A stretch of DNA of 64,000 nt from Candidatus Eiseniibacteriota bacterium (GTDB taxonomy: Bacteria > Eisenbacteria > RBG-16-71-46): contig CAVZLN010000006.1 in the NCBI GenBank assembly GCA_963776245.1, forward strand, positions 128,001 to 192,000. Direction: 5' to 3'. Positions 33,050 to 41,698 of the stretch are shown here, one piece after another. Both the position numbers and the translations under genes were made by a program. The number at the start of each line of letters is the position of its first letter. Position 1 is the stretch's first letter. Below the pieces are notes generated by a model. It did no database searches and was not told the origin of the DNA. It saw nothing but the letters and a program-made list of their open reading frames with translations.

Positions 33050-34048
33050 TCACCGATAGAGGCTCTTGAGGCGTCCCCAGCTCGTGGAGATCGCGGGCGT
33101 CGGTATGGGGCCGAACTTCTGCACGTTGTTGTTGCCGCTGTCCGTCACGTAGATGAAGCCGTCCTGGTCGACGGCAATGTCTACGGGACCGTTGAACTGC
33201 CCATTGCCCGCGCCTTGGCTCCCGAACTGCGAGATGAAGTTGCCATTGTTGTCGAAGATCTGAACACGGTAATTCTGCCAATCCGTCACGTACACGTGTC
33301 CGGCCGGGTCGACGCATATGCCCATGGCCCCCTTGAACAGCCCGGGCACTGATCCAAGTCCGCCCCACGCGGTGATGAAGACTCCTGCGTTTGAGAACTT
33401 CTGGACCCGATGGTTGGAGAAGTCCGCCACGAAGACGTTCCCATCGGGATCAACCGCGATATCGTTGGGTGAGCGGAATTGGCCGTTTGCGGAGCCCAGT
33501 GATCCCCACTGCCCGAGGTACACCCCGGCGGCCGTGAACTCCTCGACCCGGGCGTTCCCCGGGGCGGCTGAGTAGGTATCGGTCACGAATACGTGGCCCG
33601 CGCCATCCGCAGCGACGCCGCCTGGATACCGGAACTGCCCGTCCCCGCTACCCCACGACGTGCCCCAGGTCGTCAGGTATGCGCCACTGGATGTGAAGGT
33701 CTGAATGCGGTGGTCATTGGAGTTGGCGACAAACACGGTGCCGGCATCGTCGATCGCGATTCCGTAGGGGTTCACGAACTGACCGGGGCCTGTTCCCGCG
33801 GTGCCCCACGAGCCAACGAACGCGCCACTCGGGTTGAACATCTGCACGCGATTGTTACGTCGGTCCGTGACATAGAGATCGCCATTCAGACCGATGGCGA
33901 TATCTCCTGGCAGGTCGAATTGACCGTTGCCGGTGCCGGGCGTACCCCACTGGAGGACGTAGGTCTGTGCCCCGCCGGTTGCGGGCAGAAGGGATGCGAA
34001 GGCGAACAAGATGAGCGGGATTCCGAGTCGCCGAAGCCATGAGATCAT
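33050..34048 (-). CDS. Secreted NHL-repeat six-bladed beta-propeller with a C-terminal SWGRLKSLYR tail
   Basis: Signal peptide; six repeats of WG..G.G.GQF..P.GIAVD..G.VYV.D..N.RVQ.F; ends PTPAISTSWGRLKSLYR. Confidence 0.9.
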   Translation of the reverse strand: MISWLRRLGIPLILFAFASLLPATGGAQTYVLQWGTPGTGNGQFDLPGDIAIGLNGDLYVTDRRNNRVQMFNPSGAFVGSWGTAGTGPGQFVNPYGIAIDDAGTVFVANSNDHRIQTFTSSGAYLTTWGTSWGSGDGQFRYPGGVAADGAGHVFVTDTYSAAPGNARVEEFTAAGVYLGQWGSLGSANGQFRSPNDIAVDPDGNVFVADFSNHRVQKFSNAGVFITAWGGLGSVPGLFKGAMGICVDPAGHVYVTDWQNYRVQIFDNNGNFISQFGSQGAGNGQFNGPVDIAVDQDGFIYVTDSGNNNVQKFGPIPTPAISTSWGRLKSLYR

Positions 34049-34133
34049 CTGGCCAACCCCTGTCTTGAGAGAAACCCCCAGCTGCACGGACCGATCGAGC
34101 GCGCGGCACGACTCACTCCGCGAGATTCGGAAC

Positions 34134-34148
34134 GCGAACGAGGCGCCA
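34134..34148 (-). promoter_or_regulatory. Putative sigma-54 promoter of the NHL protein gene
   Basis: Minus strand TGGCGCCTCGTTCGC (GG-N10-GC), about 85 nt upstream of the ATG. Confidence 0.45.
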
Positions 34149-34213
34149 TCGCCGGCTCGCGTGCATCGTGCACGGGATCCGTCCCCCTGTCTGTGACGCC
34201 GGCCGTCGAAATG

Positions 34214-34229
34214 CGTGACTTCCGTCACA
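34214..34229. promoter_or_regulatory. Palindromic operator resembling a CRP/FNR-family box or an enhancer site
   Basis: CGTGA-cttccg-TCACA (9/10 match to TGTGA-N6-TCACA); inner GTGAC-N4-GTCAC palindrome. Confidence 0.4.
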
Positions 34230-34272
34230 CGTCCGCGCCGGGTGCGATCCGAGGACCCCGCTCCCCGCACCA

Positions 34273-34313
34273 AGCGAGAAGGCCACGCGGCGCTGCCGCG
34301 TGGCCTTCTCGCT
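34273..34313 (-). terminator. Terminator/processing hairpin after tRNA-Leu
   Basis: Perfect 19-bp stem AGCGAGAAGGCCACGCGGC-gct-GCCGCGTGGCCTTCTCGCT, 6 nt beyond the CCA end. Confidence 0.75.
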
Positions 34314-34319
34314 ACTTCG

Positions 34320-34404
<85 letters not shown>

Positions 34405-34444
34405 ATCCGTGTCATGGCGGCGCCGCGCGCCGGCTCGCGTTGGT

Positions 34445-34825
34445 CTAGCGGGTGCCTCCACCCGCAGCGGGCGTCGCGGGGGCCGGCGTCGCGGGCGCGG
34501 AGCCCGTGGGCGCGGGCGCAGGGGCCGGACGCGCCGGCGCCGACTGCGTGGCCTTGCGGGCCTCCTCCTGGAGCAGGCTGCGCGTGGGGCGGCCCGCGTT
34601 CGTCTTCATCAGGGCCAGCGAGATCGAGGTCAGGAAGAAGATGGCCGCGAGCACCATGGTGGCGCGGGTCATGAAGTCGGTGGCGCCGCGGCCGCCGAAC
34701 ACGGTCTGCGCGGTCCCGCCGAAGGTCCCACCCGCGAGCCCACCGCCCTTGCCGGACTGGACGAGCACCACGGCGATGAGGCCGAGGCAGACGATGAGAT
34801 GGATGACGAGGAGAGCGTAGAACAT
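34445..34825 (-). CDS. secG: Preprotein translocase subunit SecG
   Basis: LI..VLVQSGKGGGL.G.FGG....VFG.RGA.DF.T..T..LA..F; typical tpiA-secG-tRNA-Leu synteny. Confidence 0.93.
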   Translation of the reverse strand: MFYALLVIHLIVCLGLIAVVLVQSGKGGGLAGGTFGGTAQTVFGGRGATDFMTRATMVLAAIFFLTSISLALMKTNAGRPTRSLLQEEARKATQSAPARPAPAPAPTGSAPATPAPATPAAGGGTR

Positions 34826-34874
34826 GCGGACCCCTGACCGTGGAGGCGTGACGTATGACTCGAAACGGCGGTGG

Positions 34875-34904
34875 AGACTACCAGCGGGCGCGGGCCGGCG
34901 TCAA
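34875..34904 (-). promoter_or_regulatory. Sigma-70-type promoter of secG/tRNA-Leu
   Basis: Minus strand TTGACG-18-TAGTCT with an extended TG. Confidence 0.55.
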
Positions 34905-34930
34905 CCGCTGGTCCCGCGGGTCGAGAGGGC

Positions 34931-35710
34931 TCACGCGGTCGCGGCCGCCGTGACGATGCGCCAGAACGAGGCCGCCTCCAGCGCGGCTCCCCCGACCAGC
35001 GCGCCGTCGATCTCGGGCTCGGCGAACAGCGTGGCGGCGTTGGCGGCGTTGACGCTGCCTCCATAGAGGATCGCGATCCCCTCTCCCGCGCCCGCCCCCA
35101 CCACTTTCTCGAGCGTCTCGCGCACGATGGCGTGGGCCTCGCGCGCCTGTTCGGTCGTCGCCACCTTGCCCGTGCCGATGGCCCATACCGGCTCGTAGGC
35201 CACCACGGTCGCCGCCGCCGTGGCGGGCGCCAGGCCGGCGTAGGCGGCGCGCACCTGGCGCACCAGCACCTCGGCGGTCTGCCCCGCCTCGCGTTCGGCG
35301 AGCAGCTCGCCCACGCACACGATGGGAGTCAGACCGTCCCGCTGCGCGGCGCGGAGCTTCTGCGCCACGGTGGCGTCGTCCTCGCCCATGACGTGCCGCC
35401 GCTCGGAATGCCCGACGATCACGAACCGGCACCCGCACGCCGCGAGCATCGCCCCCGACACCTCACCCGTGAACGCCCCGTGCGTCGCCGCATGGAGGTT
35501 CTGCGCGCCCAGGTGCACGGCGCTGCCGCGCAGCGCCTCGCTCACCGCCGCGAGCGCCGGGAACGGCGGGCACACGGCGACCTCGCAGGCCGCGCCCGCG
35601 CCCGCCAGGGCCACGAACTCGCGGGCGAGCGCCGCGCCCTCGCCGGGCGTCTTGTGCATCTTCCAGTTCCCCGCGACCAGGCGGGGGCGGCGGGGCCAGG
35701 ACGGCGGCAT
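34931..35710 (-). CDS. tpiA: Triose-phosphate isomerase
   Basis: Motifs AGNWKM, GAFTGEVS, GHSERR, AYEPVWAIGTG, LYGGSV and DGALVGGA. Confidence 0.97.
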   Translation of the reverse strand: MPPSWPRRPRLVAGNWKMHKTPGEGAALAREFVALAGAGAACEVAVCPPFPALAAVSEALRGSAVHLGAQNLHAATHGAFTGEVSGAMLAACGCRFVIVGHSERRHVMGEDDATVAQKLRAAQRDGLTPIVCVGELLAEREAGQTAEVLVRQVRAAYAGLAPATAAATVVAYEPVWAIGTGKVATTEQAREAHAIVRETLEKVVGAGAGEGIAILYGGSVNAANAATLFAEPEIDGALVGGAALEAASFWRIVTAAATA

Positions 35711-36924
35711 CAACCCTCCCGCTCGTCGAGCGCGGCGACACCGGGCAACACCTTGCCCTCGAGGAACTCGAGCGACGCGCCCCCACCGGTCGACAGGTGG
35801 CTGAACTTCTCGGCCAGGCCCGCCTGCTGCACTGCGGCCACCGAGTCCCCGCCCCCGACCACCGTGACCGCGCCGCGGCCGGTGGCCTCGGCGCACATCG
35901 ACGCCACCGCCCGGGTGCCGGCGGCGAATGGAGCGACCTCGAAGATGCCCATCGGACCGTTCCACACCACCGTCTTCGCGTCGCGCAGCTTCGCCGCGAG
36001 GAGCGCGATGGTCGCGGGACCGATGTCCACGCCGATGTCGTCCGCGCCGAGCGCGTCGATGGCGCACGGGCGGCCGGGCGCGGAGCCGTCGGTCGCGGCG
36101 GAGGCGACGCAGTCCACCGGCAGCACCAGCTCGATCCCGCGCTTCGCGGCATCGGCCAGCACCGTCTTCGCCATCTCGACGCGGTCGTCCTCGACCAGCG
36201 ACTTCCCGACCGGGCGGCCCTGCGCCTTGTAGAACGTGAACATCATCGCACCGCCCACGACGAGGCGGTCCACCCGGCCGAGCAGCGACGTGATCACGTC
36301 GATCTTGCCCGAGATCTTGGCGCCGCCGAGGATCGCCACGAACGGCCGCACCGGATGGTCGAGCGCCTTGCCCAGGTAATCCAGCTCCTGCTGCATCAGG
36401 AAGCCGGCCACCGCGGGCTTGAGCAGATGCGCCACGCCCTCCGTCGAGGCGTGCGCGCGGTGCGCGGTGCCGAACGCGTCGTTCACGTAGAGGTCGCCGA
36501 GCGCCGCCAGCGACCGGGCGAACGCCGCGTCGTTCTTCTCCTCCTCCGGGTGGAAGCGGAGATTCTCAAGCAGCAGCACCTCGCCGTCCTTAAGCGCCCG
36601 CGAGGCCGCCTCGGCCGCGGGGCCGACGCAGTCGTCCGCGAACGCGACGGGCTGGCGCAGCAGGCGCTCGAGGCGCGCCTGCACCGGCTTCATCGAGTAC
36701 TTCGCCTCGGGGCCGCCCTTGGGGCGCCCGAGGTGCGACCCGAGCACCAGCCGCGCCCCCTTCTGGAGCAGGAAACGGATGGTGGGCAGGGCGGCGACGA
36801 TGCGCGTGTCGTCGGTGACCGCACCGTCCTTCGTCGGGACGTTGAAGTCGACGCGCATGAACACCCGCTTTCCCCGCGGGTCCACGTCCTTCACGCTTCG
36901 CTTGCTGGCGTAGTACGGGGGCAT
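35710..36924 (-). CDS. pgk: Phosphoglycerate kinase
   Basis: Motifs [41 protein letters not shown] and STGGGASLE. Confidence 0.97.
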   Translation of the reverse strand: MPPYYASKRSVKDVDPRGKRVFMRVDFNVPTKDGAVTDDTRIVAALPTIRFLLQKGARLVLGSHLGRPKGGPEAKYSMKPVQARLERLLRQPVAFADDCVGPAAEAASRALKDGEVLLLENLRFHPEEEKNDAAFARSLAALGDLYVNDAFGTAHRAHASTEGVAHLLKPAVAGFLMQQELDYLGKALDHPVRPFVAILGGAKISGKIDVITSLLGRVDRLVVGGAMMFTFYKAQGRPVGKSLVEDDRVEMAKTVLADAAKRGIELVLPVDCVASAATDGSAPGRPCAIDALGADDIGVDIGPATIALLAAKLRDAKTVVWNGPMGIFEVAPFAAGTRAVASMCAEATGRGAVTVVGGGDSVAAVQQAGLAEKFSHLSTGGGASLEFLEGKVLPGVAALDEREG

Positions 36925-36935
36925 CGTCGCCTCCC

Positions 36936-37934
36936 TCACGCCATCAACAGCAGCGCGTCCACCACGCGGTTCGAGAACGCCCATTCGTTGTCGTACCACG
37001 ACAGGATCTTGACCAGGGACCCGTCCATGACCACCGTGGAGAGGGCGTCGAACACGCTGCTGTGCGGGTTGCCGATGACGTCCGTCGACACGATCGCGTC
37101 GGTGCAGTACTCGAGGTAGCCCTTCATCGGGCCGTCGGCCGCGGCCTTCATCGCCGCGTTCACCGCGTCCTTGTCGGCGGGCCGCTTCACCTGCACCACC
37201 AGGTCCACCACCGAGCCATTCATCACCGGCACGCGGATCGCGAAGCCGTCGAGCTTGCCCTTGAGCTCCGGCATCACGATGCCGATCGCCTTGGCCGCCC
37301 CGGTCGACGTGGGAATCATGTTCTGCGCCGCGGCCCGCGCCCGGCGCAGGTCCTTGTGCGGCAGGTCGAGGATCTTCTGGTCGTTGGTGTAGGCGTGGAT
37401 GGTGGTCATGAGACCGCGCTCGATGCCGAACGCGTCGTTCAGCACCTTGGCGACCGGCGCGAGGCAGTTCGTGGTGCAGGAGCCGATGCTCACGACCTGG
37501 TGCTTCGCGGGGTCGAACAGCCGGTGATTGACGCCCATCACGAAGGTGAGGTCCGCGTCCTTGGCCGGAGCGGAGACCAGCACGTGGCGCGCGCCCGCCG
37601 CGAGGTGCTGCGCGGCGCCCGCGCGGTCGGTGAACTTGCCGGTGGCCTCGATCACCGCGTCGACGCCGAGCTCCTTCCACGGCAGCCGGGCTGGCTCCTT
37701 CTCGGACAGCACCCGGATCTTCTTCCCGGCCACCACCAGGTGGCCGTCCTCGGCCTTCCCCGCCTTGTCCCAGATGCGATGCACGGTGTCGTACTTGAGC
37801 AGATGCGCGAGCGTGGGCGCGTCGGTGATGTCGTTCACGGCGACGAACTCGATGGGCGTGCCGCGATCCACCGCCGCGCGCATGACCAGGCGCCCGATGC
37901 GGCCGAAGCCGCTGATGCCGACTCGAAGTGCCAT
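36936..37934 (-). CDS. gap: Type I glyceraldehyde-3-phosphate dehydrogenase
   Basis: Motifs [34 protein letters not shown] and WYDNE. Confidence 0.97.
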   Translation of the reverse strand: MALRVGISGFGRIGRLVMRAAVDRGTPIEFVAVNDITDAPTLAHLLKYDTVHRIWDKAGKAEDGHLVVAGKKIRVLSEKEPARLPWKELGVDAVIEATGKFTDRAGAAQHLAAGARHVLVSAPAKDADLTFVMGVNHRLFDPAKHQVVSIGSCTTNCLAPVAKVLNDAFGIERGLMTTIHAYTNDQKILDLPHKDLRRARAAAQNMIPTSTGAAKAIGIVMPELKGKLDGFAIRVPVMNGSVVDLVVQVKRPADKDAVNAAMKAAADGPMKGYLEYCTDAIVSTDVIGNPHSSVFDALSTVVMDGSLVKILSWYDNEWAFSNRVVDALLLMA

Positions 37935-38002
37935 GATGGGGACTCCTCCCTGCTATGTGATGCCGGCCGGCCAGCCGGCCTGTTGTGGACGTGCGGGCGC
38001 GC

Positions 38003-39043
38003 TCAGCCGAAGAAGACGCGCGCCACCTGAGCCAATTCCTTGTCGACGAGCCGCGGTCCCTGTCGCACGATCGACAGTTCGACCGACGTGACGTTGCCAC
38101 CCTGGAAGCTCACCATGCGACCGAACTGTCCGGTCGCGGCGAGGTCGACCGCCCGGACTCCCATCCGCGAGCCCAGCAGGCGGTCGAACGGGCTCGGGGT
38201 GCCTCCGCGCTGGACGTAGCCGAGCTTCACCGTGCGCGTCTCGATCTTCATGCGCGCCTCGATGACCTCCGCGAGCACGTCGCCGATGCCGCCGAAGCGG
38301 CGCCGGCCGAACTCGTCCAGGCGTTCGGGGCCCGATTCGAGGACGGTGCCGTCGGGATCGGGCTTGAACACCGCGCCCTCGGCCACCACCACGATGCTGA
38401 ACTTCCGGCCGCGCCCGATGCGGTGCCGGATGAAGTTGCACACCTCCGCGACGCTGAGCGGCTCCTCGGGGATGATCACCACGTCGGCTCCACCGGCGAT
38501 GCCCGCGCACACCGCGAGCCAGCCGGCGGTGCGGCCCATGACCTCGAGCACGATGATGCGCTCGTGCGCCTCGGCGGTGCTGTGGAGCGCGTCCACGGCA
38601 CTGACGATGTGGCCGAGCGCGGTGTCGAACCCGAAGGAGAAGTCGGTGCCCGGGACGTCGTTGTCGATGGTCTTGGGGATGCCGACGATCGGCATGCCGC
38701 CCTCGGCGACCCGCAGCGCGGCCGCCAGCGTGCCATCCCCGCCGCACACCAGCAGGCCGTCCAGCTCGTGGAACGCGAACGCCTCGCGCACGGCTTCGAG
38801 GCCGTAGGGCTCGCGCAGCGGATCGATGCGCGAGGTGCCGAGGATCGTCCCGCCGCGGTGGAGGATGCCCCCGATCGCCGCCAGGCTCAGTTCGCGGGAG
38901 CGGTTCTCGAGCAGGCCCTTCCAGCCGTTCTCGAAGCCCAGCAGGAAGGTGTCGTAGGTGCGCACCGCGCGGAGGGCGGCGCCGCGGATCACGGCGTTCA
39001 GGCCGGGGCAGTCGCCTCCGCCGGTGAGGATGCCGAGTCGCAT
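38003..39043 (-). CDS. pfkA: 6-phosphofructokinase (group III-like; GGDG with PKTIDND suggests ATP-dependent)
   Basis: Motifs [41 protein letters not shown] and LGYVQRGG. Confidence 0.93.
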   Translation of the reverse strand: MRLGILTGGGDCPGLNAVIRGAALRAVRTYDTFLLGFENGWKGLLENRSRELSLAAIGGILHRGGTILGTSRIDPLREPYGLEAVREAFAFHELDGLLVCGGDGTLAAALRVAEGGMPIVGIPKTIDNDVPGTDFSFGFDTALGHIVSAVDALHSTAEAHERIIVLEVMGRTAGWLAVCAGIAGGADVVIIPEEPLSVAEVCNFIRHRIGRGRKFSIVVVAEGAVFKPDPDGTVLESGPERLDEFGRRRFGGIGDVLAEVIEARMKIETRTVKLGYVQRGGTPSPFDRLLGSRMGVRAVDLAATGQFGRMVSFQGGNVTSVELSIVRQGPRLVDKELAQVARVFFG

Positions 39044-39120
39044 GCGGGTCGGTGCTCCCGACGTGGAAGGGTCGCCAGACGAGCGGCGCGCCGAAGGGTG
39101 ACGTGGACGGACCCGTTCGC

Positions 39121-39150
39121 ACTTTGACGCAAGGGGCGCGGGGGGGTCAA
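39121..39150 (-). promoter_or_regulatory. Possible promoter of the glycolytic operon
   Basis: Minus strand TTGACC-18-CAAAGT; the region also forms TTGAC...GTCAA inverted ends. Confidence 0.35.
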
Positions 39151-39174
39151 GCGGCCCGCGGGCCGCGCGCGGCG

Positions 39175-40695
39175 CTACTCGGTGGAGTAGCGCAGCGTGA
39201 AGTGTCCGAGCCCCTGCTCGTCCACGAACACGAACAGCAACCGCCTCCGCCGCTGGGCGACGCGCACGCTCGGGTCCGCGTCGATGGGCGCCGGGACCGG
39301 CGCCTCGTACACCCACACCTCGAATGGCCGCTGGTCCCCGCCGATGCCCTTCTGGTGCACGTCCCCGGTCGGCCGGTCGTCGGCGAGCTCGAGGTCCTGC
39401 ATCACCCGCCGCGCCGTCTCGTCCCCGGCCGGGATCACCTGATGGGTCACCTCGGTGGGCTCGCCGTAGCGGATGAACACGCGGCCCATGTCGCTGAACA
39501 TGCCACGCATGAGACCCTGGCGCCCGTAGAGCTGGTCGGCCACCGCGACCCGCTGGCGGAAGGTCTCGCGCGCCTCGTTGAGCGCCGTCTCGGGGGTCGG
39601 ATCGCGGCGCTTCCAGAACTCGTCGAGCTCGCGCTCCTGCTCGCCGGGGTGGAGCCGGGCGAATCGCTCCTCGCCGTCCGCGTCGAACAGCAGGTGCACG
39701 TCGTCCTCGAAATCGAGCGGGTTCCGGTGCCACGAGAGCGGCTGCCACGCGACGCTGAAGTGCGCGCGCCGAGTCAGCGCGCCCGCGTCCCCCTCCTGCC
39801 AGACCTTCACTTCGAGGTCGTAACCGCCGGCCGGCAGCGTGGAGATGTCGAGGGTGCATCCGCCGGCCAGCCACTCGCTGGCGGTGCCGGTGCTCTCCTG
39901 CGCGACGACCGGCTCGCCCGCCGCATCGAGCACCCGCGCCACCCAGCGCCACGGCCGCCCATCCACCGCGGGCCCCCGTGCGATGAAGAAGGCATGCAGG
40001 TCGCTGGCATAGAGCCCGTAGAGGCGCTCCGGATTCGGCAGCAGCGTGTGGCCGCCGCGCTGGAACAGCCCGGTCCCGTTACTCGAGTCCCGTTCGGACC
40101 AGACGAACTCCAGGTCCGAGATGGAGCGGCCGGCCTGGGGCTTGGGCACCGTGAAGTCCCCCTCCAGGTCGGCCGACTCGGGCGCGGGGCGGCCCAGGTA
40201 CGCGATCCCCGTCTTGTGCGTCTGCACGTCCTCGATCTTCACCTTGAGGCGATGACGGCCGGGCACCGTCGGATAGCGCATCACCACCACCTTGCCGAAG
40301 CCGCTGGTCGCGTCCTCACGCGTGAAGCTCAACTCCTGGCGGCTCTCGGGGACCCGGCCGCCGGTGGGCAGGCGCAGCCGCACGGTCATGGTCAGGCGCC
40401 CGCGGCCGAGGCTGTCCAGCTCCATCGCCTCGAGCGTCGAGGGTGGGATCCGGACGTAGACATCGAGCACCGTCCCGCTCGAGTCGGGGAAGGACGCGGC
40501 GTCGACGGTGAAGCCGACCCGCCCCCCCACGCGCCATGGCAGCTCGGGCGGCGGCATGCCGGGGTCCCGGCGCGCGGCGTGCGCGGGGGTCGCGAGCGCC
40601 GCGAGGACCATCGAGACGAGCACGGCCCCGAAGCACGCACGCGCCCCCGGAAGGGGGCGCGCGGCGCGAAGCGGGCTGGAGCGGGGACGACTCAT
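39175..40695 (-). CDS. GWxTD-domain envelope protein (variant motif GMFSDMGR) with N-terminal Ig-like domains
   Basis: Signal-like segment; L..G.Y.L.V Ig signatures; FW..RDPTP.T..NE....F..R...A...Y, G..SD.GRVFIRYG.P, EVWVY and F.FVD..G.G.F.L. Confidence 0.85.
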   Translation of the reverse strand: MSRPRSSPLRAARPLPGARACFGAVLVSMVLAALATPAHAARRDPGMPPPELPWRVGGRVGFTVDAASFPDSSGTVLDVYVRIPPSTLEAMELDSLGRGRLTMTVRLRLPTGGRVPESRQELSFTREDATSGFGKVVVMRYPTVPGRHRLKVKIEDVQTHKTGIAYLGRPAPESADLEGDFTVPKPQAGRSISDLEFVWSERDSSNGTGLFQRGGHTLLPNPERLYGLYASDLHAFFIARGPAVDGRPWRWVARVLDAAGEPVVAQESTGTASEWLAGGCTLDISTLPAGGYDLEVKVWQEGDAGALTRRAHFSVAWQPLSWHRNPLDFEDDVHLLFDADGEERFARLHPGEQERELDEFWKRRDPTPETALNEARETFRQRVAVADQLYGRQGLMRGMFSDMGRVFIRYGEPTEVTHQVIPAGDETARRVMQDLELADDRPTGDVHQKGIGGDQRPFEVWVYEAPVPAPIDADPSVRVAQRRRRLLFVFVDEQGLGHFTLRYSTE

Positions 40696-40715
40696 CCGGT
40701 CCCGGATGTCCCGGC

Positions 40716-41669
40716 CTAGAACTGGAACATGAGGGAGAGCCGGTGGACCGCGCCGAGGTCCTTCATGTCGGTGAACGCGTAGTCCATGTTCGCCCGGCCG
40801 GCCACCGAGACCGGGAAGTGGAATCCGACGCCGCCCGCCAGACCTTCGGCATCGTAGTTCAGGTTGTAGCCGCCACGGAGGTAGAGGTACTTGCGGAACG
40901 CGTACTCGGCCCCGACGTTGATCCGTTCCGCGTTGTCCGGCGGATGCGAGAACTCGAACGAACCGGTGAGCTTCTGATCCGCGGTCTGCATCAGGGTCGC
41001 CGAGGTGCCCACGCGGAAGATCGACGGGACGCGGCCGTCGCGCTCGATGAACTTGATCTGCGAGCCGATGTTGCTGATCGACATGCCGATCCTCATCCCC
41101 AGCGCGCCGACGTCGTAGAGCGTGCCGACGTCCACCGCGAAGGACTGCTGCGAGAACTCCGCGAGACCCTCGTGGATGAAGCTGCCCGTGAATCCGGCGC
41201 TGAACTTGTCGGTGAACGACCGGGCGTAGGTCACTCCGGCGGCCAGCATCCCGGCATCGAACGTGCGGCCGGTGCCGATGGCGGGGTCCGGCTGGAACGC
41301 CGTGGTCTCGACCATCGGGTCCATCGTCAACGCGCGGGCATGGACCGCGAAGGCGCCCGGGATCCGCTTGACGTGGAACACGTAGCCGATCTGGTCGAAC
41401 GACAGCTCCGCCGGCCAGTTCGCGTGATTGAGCGACAGCTCCGACTTGTCGGGGTCGATGCGCGCGATGCCAGCGGCGTTCCAGAACACCGCCGAGGCGT
41501 CGTCCGCCACGCCCACGAACGCGCCGCCCATGGCGGCGGCCCGGGCGCCCACGGCGATCTTGAGGAACTGACCGTCGAAGGTGCCCACCTTCTCGAATAT
41601 GGCGCCGGCACCGGCCACCCCCGGGGCGAGCGCCCCGGCCAGGCAGAGAGCCGCGATGGTCTTTCTCAC
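40716..41669 (-). CDS. PorV/PorQ family (FadL-fold) outer-membrane protein
   Basis: FLKI.VGARAAAMGGAF.GVADDASA.FWN.AGIA, YAR.FTD.FS.G, AVDVGTLY, N.GAEY, LRGGY, DYA..D..DLG..HR.S and terminal F. AGGAG Shine-Dalgarno before GTG 41669. Confidence 0.9.
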   Translation of the reverse strand: MRKTIAALCLAGALAPGVAGAGAIFEKVGTFDGQFLKIAVGARAAAMGGAFVGVADDASAVFWNAAGIARIDPDKSELSLNHANWPAELSFDQIGYVFHVKRIPGAFAVHARALTMDPMVETTAFQPDPAIGTGRTFDAGMLAAGVTYARSFTDKFSAGFTGSFIHEGLAEFSQQSFAVDVGTLYDVGALGMRIGMSISNIGSQIKFIERDGRVPSIFRVGTSATLMQTADQKLTGSFEFSHPPDNAERINVGAEYAFRKYLYLRGGYNLNYDAEGLAGGVGFHFPVSVAGRANMDYAFTDMKDLGAVHRLSLMFQF

Positions 41670-41698
41670 TTTGTGTCTCCTCCTTCGCGCACCGCGAC

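Noticed and set aside
30170..33960. Repeated GATCTCGACGGCGA-like and NHL DNA repeats as a CRISPR array
   Set aside because: They are degenerate, in-frame protein repeats without identical repeat-spacer structure, and there are no cas genes.
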